Source of the DNA: Vulcanimicrobiota bacterium
GTDB lineage: Bacteria > Vulcanimicrobiota > Vulcanimicrobiia > Eremiobacterales > Eremiobacteraceae
Length of the DNA stretch: 64,000 nt
Direction: 5' to 3'
Assembly: GCA_963805945.1 (NCBI GenBank)
Contig: CAWDVP010000004.1
Coordinates: 96,001-160,000 of the forward strand
The notes under the pieces are model-generated. The model was not told the origin of the DNA, ran no database searches, and saw nothing but the letters and a program-made list of their open reading frames with translations. The position numbers were made by a program, and so were the translations under genes. This document shows, one piece after another, positions 57,788 through 64,000 of the stretch (positions within the stretch are counted from its first letter, which is position 1; every line of letters begins with the position of its first letter).

Positions 57788-58468
57788 CTAGGAGCTGAGC
57801 GCGCCGTCTTCCATGCGGATCGTGCGGTCGGCGACGTCGGCGATGCGCGGATCGTGGGTCACGGTCAGCACCGCGCAGCCGCGGTCTTTGGCGAGCGCGC
57901 GCAGCAGCTGGGTGACGTGCCGGCCGTTCTCCGAATCGAGCGACGCGGTGGGTTCGTCTGCCATGATGAGCGGCGGCGCACCGGCGAGCGCGCGCGCGAT
58001 CGAGACGCGCTGCTTCTCGCCCGCCGAGAGGTCGCGCGGCAAGCGCTCGGCCTTGGCGGCCAGTCCGACGTCGTCGAGCAGCGCCAGCGCCTGTTGACGT
58101 GCGACCGGATTGCGCCCGCCCTTGAGCGCGAGCGCGAGTTGCACGTTCTCGCACGCCGTGAGCGCGCCGAACAGGTTGAAGCCCTGGAAGATGAAACCGA
58201 CGCGCTCGAGCCGGAACCGCGCGAGATCGCGCACCGAGAGCGAGCTGACGTCGGTGCCGAAGGCGGTCACGGTACCCGACGTCGGGGTGAGGATGCCGCC
58301 GAGGATCGAGACGAGCGTCGTCTTGCCCGAACCCGACGGGCCCATGAGCAGCAAGAACTCGCCCTGCTTGATGTCGAGCGACACGCCTTTGAGCGCGCGC
58401 ACCTGCGTCGAACCCGTGCGGTAGACCATCACCAGATCGCGGCCGGTGACCGCCACAGACGCGCTCAT
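57788..58468 (-). CDS. ABC transporter ATPase (DevA/LolD-like)
   Basis: GPSGSGKT, LSAGEKQR, ADEPT and VTHD motifs. Confidence 0.9.
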   Translation of the reverse strand: MSASVAVTGRDLVMVYRTGSTQVRALKGVSLDIKQGEFLLLMGPSGSGKTTLVSILGGILTPTSGTVTAFGTDVSSLSVRDLARFRLERVGFIFQGFNLFGALTACENVQLALALKGGRNPVARQQALALLDDVGLAAKAERLPRDLSAGEKQRVSIARALAGAPPLIMADEPTASLDSENGRHVTQLLRALAKDRGCAVLTVTHDPRIADVADRTIRMEDGALSS

Positions 58469-59658
58469 GCTTTGAACACCATCGCCGGATCGACGCGCAA
58501 CGCGCGCTGCACCGCGATCACGGCGGCGAGCACGCACATGGCGACGATGACCGCGAACGTGAGCGCCGCGCTCGCCGGCGTGATGAGGATGAGCACGTCT
58601 TTATGCGCGTGCGCCCACGCCGCGACCACATCGCTGAAGACGATCCCCGGCACGAAGCCGAGCAGCGCCAAGAGCACCGCCTGTTCGACCACGACGCGAT
58701 AGAACAGCCCATCCGGCGCGCCCATCGCGCGCAACGTGCCGTACTCCTTGATGTGATCGGCGATCGACGTGTAGAGGATCTGCCCGACCACCGCCATGCC
58801 GACGATCAATCCGACGATCGCGGCGAACCCGAGGATGAATCCGATGCTGGTGCGCTGCTGCCAATAGGCATGCGTCCTGGCGGCCATCTCGGCTTGCGTG
58901 TACGCGACCGTTCCCGGCAGCGCATCGTCGAGACGCTGCTTGAGCGCCACGATATCGGTGCCCGGTTTCGCCCTGACGAGGATGTAGCTGATATCGTCGG
59001 TCGGTTTGAGGGCGGCGCCCCCGGGCGGCGGGGCGTTGATCGCCAGCCCGAGGAACAGCGGCGGCTGCGGCGGCGCGAGGAACGCCTTGGCGTTGGACAG
59101 CGACGCATAGATGAAGGTGGCGGAGATGATCGGCTGCGTGTCGTGCGCGAGGCCGACGACGCTCACGTCGCGCGTGCCGATCTTGCCCGTGCCGCCGACG
59201 CCGGCGATGTTGAGCGACTTGAGATTGCCGGCGTCCACCACGACGGTGTCGACGCCGGCGAGTTTGGCGAGCACGTCATCTGAGAGCGGCCCGGGCGACC
59301 ACAGCGCGCCCTGCGGGTCAAAACCGATGACGCGGATGTAATCGATCTTATGCTCGGGCCCGCGCCAGGCCGAGGTCTTGATGAGCAGCGCTTCGGCGCG
59401 CTCCACGCCGTCGACGCGGCGCGCCTTCGCGAGGGTGTCGTACTTGATCGGGAACGCGAGCTCGAAGTGCAGATTCTCCTTGGCGGCGACCCAGATGTCC
59501 GCTTTCGATTCATCCACCGCCCGGCCCGACGACTTGACGAAGCCGAGGAAGATGCCGCTCTGGATGGCGATGAGCCCGACCGCGAACATGACGCCGAGCA
59601 ACGCGACCACCAGTCGCGGCACGTCTTCGAACAGCGTCTTGCGGCCGAGCGGGACCAC
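58465..59658 (-). CDS. FtsX/MacB-type ABC permease (DevC-like)
   Basis: ADIWV, QILY..IKEYGTLRAMG and VDPAMVF motifs. Confidence 0.88.
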   Translation of the reverse strand: MVPLGRKTLFEDVPRLVVALLGVMFAVGLIAIQSGIFLGFVKSSGRAVDESKADIWVAAKENLHFELAFPIKYDTLAKARRVDGVERAEALLIKTSAWRGPEHKIDYIRVIGFDPQGALWSPGPLSDDVLAKLAGVDTVVVDAGNLKSLNIAGVGGTGKIGTRDVSVVGLAHDTQPIISATFIYASLSNAKAFLAPPQPPLFLGLAINAPPPGGAALKPTDDISYILVRAKPGTDIVALKQRLDDALPGTVAYTQAEMAARTHAYWQQRTSIGFILGFAAIVGLIVGMAVVGQILYTSIADHIKEYGTLRAMGAPDGLFYRVVVEQAVLLALLGFVPGIVFSDVVAAWAHAHKDVLILITPASAALTFAVIVAMCVLAAVIAVQRALRVDPAMVFKA

Positions 59659-59661
59659 GGT

Positions 59662-60576
59662 TCAGGATTTCAAGTACTTGGCGTACCAGGCGAGCATGCG
59701 CGCCCACGCGTCGGTCGCGGCCGAGGCGACGTACGAGTCGCGGGTGTCGTCCATGAACGCGTGGCCGGCCTCGTCGTAGATCTTGATGTCGTTGGGCACG
59801 GTGAGGCGCTTGGCCATCTCGCGCACGTCGGCCGGGAGAATGCTCGTGTCGCGGCCGCCGAAACTTCCCATGAGCGGCACGCGTACCCGATCGGTCCAGG
59901 CGAGCGCCATGTCGGTGATCGGTCCGACGTTCTCCTGTCCCCAGCGCACCTTGCCGTAGAACATCGCGCACGCGTTGAAGTTCGCGTCGTCGACCGCCGC
60001 GCGCAGCGCGATGGAGCCGCCCATGCAGAATCCCATGATCCCGATCTTCGGCGGGCGCTGCAATTCGGCGGCGCCGACGCGCTGGCGGATCCACGTCGCG
60101 CCGGCCGCCAGGTCGGAGTCGACCGTCGCGTCCACGAGCTGCTGCGCGAGGGCTGAGAACGGTTTGTAATCGGTGGCGCCGTCGCCGTTGGGCACGTTCT
60201 GAAAACGCGCGAAGAGCTCGGGCGCGATCGCGAAGTAGCCTTGCTTGGCGAGACGCCGCACGATGTCGCGGATCTGCGCGTCGACGCCCCAGATGGCTTG
60301 CGTCACGACGACGCCCGGCGTTCTGCCGCTGGCGTCGCGCGGATATGCGGCGTACGCGGGGATCGATGACGGCGCCGGCAGCATGAAGCGGCCGGTGATG
60401 AGCGATGGATCGTCGTCGGGCACGATCGGCGGATGGGGCTTGCCGAAGCCTGTATCGTCCGCGAGCGCGGTCGCGATCGCGCTCGACGCCGCGGCGACGC
60501 CGGCCGAGAGACCGATGAACGCCTTGCGGCTGAGGTCGAGCGCGGTGGAATTGACGGGATCGGTCGTGTCTGTCAT
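59662..60576 (-). CDS. Dienelactone hydrolase-family protein with Tat-like signal
   Basis: SRKAFIG, GFCMGG and AGHAF motifs. Confidence 0.9.
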   Translation of the reverse strand: MTDTTDPVNSTALDLSRKAFIGLSAGVAAASSAIATALADDTGFGKPHPPIVPDDDPSLITGRFMLPAPSSIPAYAAYPRDASGRTPGVVVTQAIWGVDAQIRDIVRRLAKQGYFAIAPELFARFQNVPNGDGATDYKPFSALAQQLVDATVDSDLAAGATWIRQRVGAAELQRPPKIGIMGFCMGGSIALRAAVDDANFNACAMFYGKVRWGQENVGPITDMALAWTDRVRVPLMGSFGGRDTSILPADVREMAKRLTVPNDIKIYDEAGHAFMDDTRDSYVASAATDAWARMLAWYAKYLKS

Positions 60577-60600
60577 GTTCGTGCGTCCCTCTTGCAGAAT

Positions 60601-61158
60601 CTACGTCGACTTGAGGCGGCGGGTGTAGGCCGCCAGCGCTTCGAGCAGCTCCACCAGCTTTTTCTTGATGCTCTCGTCGGTCAACTCGCCGACCTCGTTG
60701 AATTTCTCTTGCGCGAGCGCGACGTTGAGTTGCTCGTCGAGGATGCGCATGCCGTTGGTCAACAGGACAGGCAGCAATGCGATCTTCGAACGCACGCTGC
60801 CGAAGTAGCTCGTCGAGCAGCCGGCCAGACCGACGGGCTTGTCTTCCAAGCACGAATCGTCCCTCGATGCCCAATCGAGCACGTTCTTGGTGATGCCGGA
60901 CATGGAATTGTTGTATTCGGGCGAGACGATGAGGAGCGCATCGGCCGCGCGGATGCCCGCGCACAGGCGCTCCACCGCCGGTGGCGTGCCCGCGTCTTCG
61001 ACGTCTGCGTTGAAGAGCGGCACGTCGCCGATGTCGATCGACTCGACGCGCACCCCGGCTGGTGCGAACTTCACCGCGGCGCGCAACAGGGATCTATTGT
61101 ATGAACCCTTGCGCAGGCTGCCGGAGAAGGCGGCGATGGTGATCGGCGCTTCGGCCAC
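60601..61158 (-). CDS. NADPH-dependent FMN reductase
   Basis: GSLRKGSYN, SPEYN and KNVLDW motifs. Confidence 0.92.
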   Translation of the reverse strand: MAEAPITIAAFSGSLRKGSYNRSLLRAAVKFAPAGVRVESIDIGDVPLFNADVEDAGTPPAVERLCAGIRAADALLIVSPEYNNSMSGITKNVLDWASRDDSCLEDKPVGLAGCSTSYFGSVRSKIALLPVLLTNGMRILDEQLNVALAQEKFNEVGELTDESIKKKLVELLEALAAYTRRLKST

Positions 61159-61979
61159 TAGCGGGCCTTCTTCGCGCCCAATGCGCGCGCCCCATCGGAC
61201 TTGGCGGATCTGGTGGCCCACGTGTACAGCCCGTCGAGCACGAGGCGTTCGTCCACGGCGTCGAAGATCTCGGTGTGCGACGCGATGAGGTCGGCGAGGC
61301 CGCCCGTCGCGATGACTTTGGGCTTGCCGCCGAGCTCCGCGCTGATGAGCTTCACCAGATGCTCCACCTGGCCGACGAATCCGAAGATGATGCCGGATTG
61401 CAGCGCGCCCGGTGTGTCGGTGCCGATCGCCGCCGGCGGCTTCACCAGCGGCACATCCATCAGTTTGGCGGCGCGCCCGATGAGGCCGTCCACCGACACT
61501 TCGATGCCCGGTGCGATGGCCGTGCCGAGATACTCGCCGGCTGCCGAGATGGCCGCGAAGGTCGTCGCCGTGCCGAACTGCACCACGATGAGCGGCGCGC
61601 CGAACTTCGCGACGCCGCCGATCGCCCCGCCGATGAGATCCGCGCCCAGCTCTGAGGCATGGCGCGTCTTCACGGGCACGAGCGTCTGTCGCGCCGCGGA
61701 CAAGAACTCAGGCCGGCAGCCGAAGTAGCGCTGGGCCATGTCGTTGATCGCGCGGTACAGCGGCGGCACGACGCTCGCGACGACGACGCGCGTCACCGAG
61801 GACCGGGTGACGCTGTTGAGCCCGAGCATGGAGGCGACGTGCGCGGCGAGGTCGTCGCCGGTCTGGCGGCGGTCGGTGACCGAGCGCCAGGTGTGCACGA
61901 GCGTGCCCGCGGCCGCGCCGTCGGCCTCGAACAGGCCGAACTTCACATTGGTGTTGCCGACTTCGACCGCGAGCAGCAC
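61158..61979 (-). CDS. coaX: Type III pantothenate kinase
   Basis: VGNTN, SVVP, LGAD, FGTATT, IAPG and ATGG motifs. Confidence 0.92.
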   Translation of the reverse strand: MLLAVEVGNTNVKFGLFEADGAAAGTLVHTWRSVTDRRQTGDDLAAHVASMLGLNSVTRSSVTRVVVASVVPPLYRAINDMAQRYFGCRPEFLSAARQTLVPVKTRHASELGADLIGGAIGGVAKFGAPLIVVQFGTATTFAAISAAGEYLGTAIAPGIEVSVDGLIGRAAKLMDVPLVKPPAAIGTDTPGALQSGIIFGFVGQVEHLVKLISAELGGKPKVIATGGLADLIASHTEIFDAVDERLVLDGLYTWATRSAKSDGARALGAKKAR

Positions 61980-61981
61980 GG

Positions 61982-63229
61982 TCAGCCGGCGTTTCGCAGG
62001 ACGTCGATGCGGTCGAGGATGGCTGCCGCAACGGCCGCCTTGGATGCGCGCGGCAACCTTTCGTCGCCGTCGCGGCCCCACAACAGCGTCACTTCGTTGT
62101 CGTCGGCGCCGAATGCGCCGCCCGGGCCGCCGACACGGTTGGCGACGATGAGGTCCAAGTGCTTGCGCTCCAGTTTTTCGCGCGCGTGTTCTTCGACGCG
62201 CTCGGATTCGGCGGCGAAACCGATCACGAGACAACCCGGCGGGCGATGCGCGACGACATCCGCGATGATGTCGGGATTGCGCGCGAGCGTCATGCTCAGT
62301 TCGGCGGCTTCCTTCTTCACCTTGGCGGCGGCGACGAGTTCAGGACGGAAATCGGAGACGGCAGCGCTGCCGACGAACAGCGTCGCCGCCGGCAGATGTT
62401 CGAGCACCGCATTGTGCATCTCGCGCGCGCTCGTCACGCGCACGAGCTCGACGCCCGCGGGGGCGCGCAGTTCGGTCGGCCCGCTCACCAGCGTCACCGC
62501 GGCGCCGCGCGCGGCGGCTTCGGCCGCGAGCGCGTAGCCCATCTTGCCTGTCGACGGATTTGAGAGGAAGCGCACGGGATCGGCGTACTCGCGCGTCGGT
62601 CCGGCGGTGATGAGCAGGCGCTGACCGTCGAGCTGATGGCGGCGCGCGACGACGCGCGCGACGGCGGCGACGATCTCGTCCTCGTCGGCGAGCCGGCCGC
62701 TGCCGACCTCGCCGCAGGCCAAGAAACCGGCGCCGGGTTCGATGAACTCGAAGCCGCGCGTCTGCAGCGCGAGGATGTTCGCTTGCGTCGCGGGCGATTC
62801 GAGCATCGCGGTGTTCATCGCCGGCGCGATGAGCACCGGATTGCGCGTCGCGAGGACGCACGTCGTGAGCAGATTATCGGCGACGCCGTGCGCCAGCTTG
62901 GCGATGGTGTTGGCGGTCGCGTTGAGGACGAGCAGCAGCGCGCTCTTGCGCACAAGGCCGATGTGCGCGATGTCCCAGCTCGACCCGGCGGCGAACATGT
63001 CGGTGTGGACGTCGTGGTTCGAGAGCGCCTGGAAGGTCAGCGGGGTCACGAAGCGCTGTGCGGACTCGGTCATGATCACGTGCACGTCTGCGCCGGCTTG
63101 GCGCAATGCGCTCACCACGCCCGCGCACTTATATGCGGCGATGCCACCGCACACGCCGACGAGCAGGGTGCTCCCCTCAAGGTGGTTCGTGTAGTGCCCG
63201 AGCGAAGCTCGGGTCTCTTGTTCCTTCAT
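61982..63229 (-). CDS. coaBC: Bifunctional PPC decarboxylase/synthetase
   Basis: GGIAAYK, APAMN, LACG, TAGPTRE..DPVRF, AAVSDF and GFAAE motifs. Confidence 0.95.
   Translation of the reverse strand: MKEQETRASLGHYTNHLEGSTLLVGVCGGIAAYKCAGVVSALRQAGADVHVIMTESAQRFVTPLTFQALSNHDVHTDMFAAGSSWDIAHIGLVRKSALLLVLNATANTIAKLAHGVADNLLTTCVLATRNPVLIAPAMNTAMLESPATQANILALQTRGFEFIEPGAGFLACGEVGSGRLADEDEIVAAVARVVARRHQLDGQRLLITAGPTREYADPVRFLSNPSTGKMGYALAAEAAARGAAVTLVSGPTELRAPAGVELVRVTSAREMHNAVLEHLPAATLFVGSAAVSDFRPELVAAAKVKKEAAELSMTLARNPDIIADVVAHRPPGCLVIGFAAESERVEEHAREKLERKHLDLIVANRVGGPGGAFGADDNEVTLLWGRDGDERLPRASKAAVAAAILDRIDVLRNAG
63191..63213 (+). repeat. REP-like palindrome, type B, inside the coaBC 5' end
   Basis: GTAGTGCCCGAGCGAAGCTCGGG, read as TRASLGHY in CoaBC. 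Confidence 0.85.
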
Positions 63230-63231
63230 CT

Positions 63232-64000
63232 TTATGGTGTCGTCACTTCCAGGTTATCGATCAGGCGCGTCGTACCGGCGAAGACCGCACCCAGCACGAG
63301 CAGCTCTCGCCCGAGCGGCGCTTCATGCAGCGGTGCGAACACCGCCGGCTCCACGACCGCGAGGTAGTCTAGTTTCAAGGGCGGCAGGTCCGCCTCCGCC
63401 TGGGCGAGCGCGGCATCCACGTCGCGCGCACCTCCGTGCAGCGCAGCGGCCACCCTCGCCAGCGCCTTATAGAGCCGCGGCGCGTCGCACCGCTCGCTCG
63501 GCGTGAGGTAGGCATTGCGCGAGGACAGCGCGAGGCCGTCGGCTTCGCGCACGGTCGAGCATGCGGTGATGGCGATCGGCAGATCGAAATCGGCGACGAG
63601 GCGGCGCACGACGGCGAGCTGCTGCGCATCTTTCTGTCCGAAGTAGGCGATGTCGGGCGCGGTGATATTGAAGAGCTTGAGCACCACGGTGGCGACGCCG
63701 CCGAAGAAGCCGGGGCGCCGTTCGCCTTCCAGATATTTCGCGACCGCCCCGGGCGCCACGACCGACTGCGCGCCTGGCGGATACATCTCCTCACGGCTCG
63801 GCATGAAGAGTAGATCAACGCCCGCCTTCTCGAGGGCCGCGGCGTCGGCTTCCGGCGAGCGCGGATAACGCTCGAGGTCCTCTGCCGGCCCGAACTGCAG
63901 CGGGTTGACGAACACCGATGCGATGACCGAGGCGCACTCGCGGCGCGCGCGCGCGACCAGCGACTCGTGCCCGGCATGCAGGGCGCCCATGGTCGGGACG
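63232..64000 (-). CDS. panC: Pantoate--beta-alanine ligase (N-terminus beyond window)
   Basis: PTMGALHAGH, FVNPLQF, FGQKDAQQ, LSSRN and RLIDN motifs. Confidence 0.96.
   Translation of the reverse strand, partial: VPTMGALHAGHESLVARARRECASVIASVFVNPLQFGPAEDLERYPRSPEADAAALEKAGVDLLFMPSREEMYPPGAQSVVAPGAVAKYLEGERRPGFFGGVATVVLKLFNITAPDIAYFGQKDAQQLAVVRRLVADFDLPIAITACSTVREADGLALSSRNAYLTPSERCDAPRLYKALARVAAALHGGARDVDAALAQAEADLPPLKLDYLAVVEPAVFAPLHEAPLGRELLVLGAVFAGTTRLIDNLEVTTP

Noticed and set aside
57788..59658. DevA/DevC-like exporter as part of a biosynthetic cluster
   Set aside because: No membrane-fusion protein or biosynthetic genes are adjacent, and the substrate cannot be inferred.
135..63213. 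Recurrent ~28-bp palindromes as CRISPR repeats
   Set aside because: They are dispersed singly, not arrayed with spacers, and there are no cas genes.

Overview
This is a GC-rich bacterial chromosomal window from a diderm (it has a porin and two TonB-dependent receptors) with Terrabacteria-like housekeeping genes. The gene mix suggests Ca. Eremiobacterota/Vulcanimicrobiota, which is inference only. In order, it contains: rocA (partial) and a MocR regulator; a porin; rhodanese, aquaporin and moeB; lutABC; an SDR. A metal-homeostasis island follows, with two paralogous membrane leader ORFs ending in RPPP, each joined by an SD-sequestering RNA switch to a TonB-dependent receptor. The island also holds MauE/TlpA, an alpha-carbonic anhydrase, two DUF3105 genes, Nramp, DtxR, Fur/Zur, a ZnuABC-like transporter and a phosphoesterase. 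Next come a HigBA-like TA pair, a stripped-down flgB-flgC-fliE-fliF(+FliG fragment)-fliH-fliI-lytic transglycosylase operon, an adenylate cyclase, and a ferritin-like gene between 170-bp direct repeats. Then rpsI/rplM, truA, lysS and greA, a four-gene aminotransferase/START/acyl-ACP-reductase-like cluster, several membrane and hydrolase genes, and coaX-coaBC-panC. About 15 REP-like palindromes are scattered through the window, several inside coding sequence. The 20-30 kb stretch has many single-base frameshifts that look like long-read errors. No rRNA, tRNA, CRISPR array or transposase was seen. All family assignments come from motif recognition by eye; no database searches were run.
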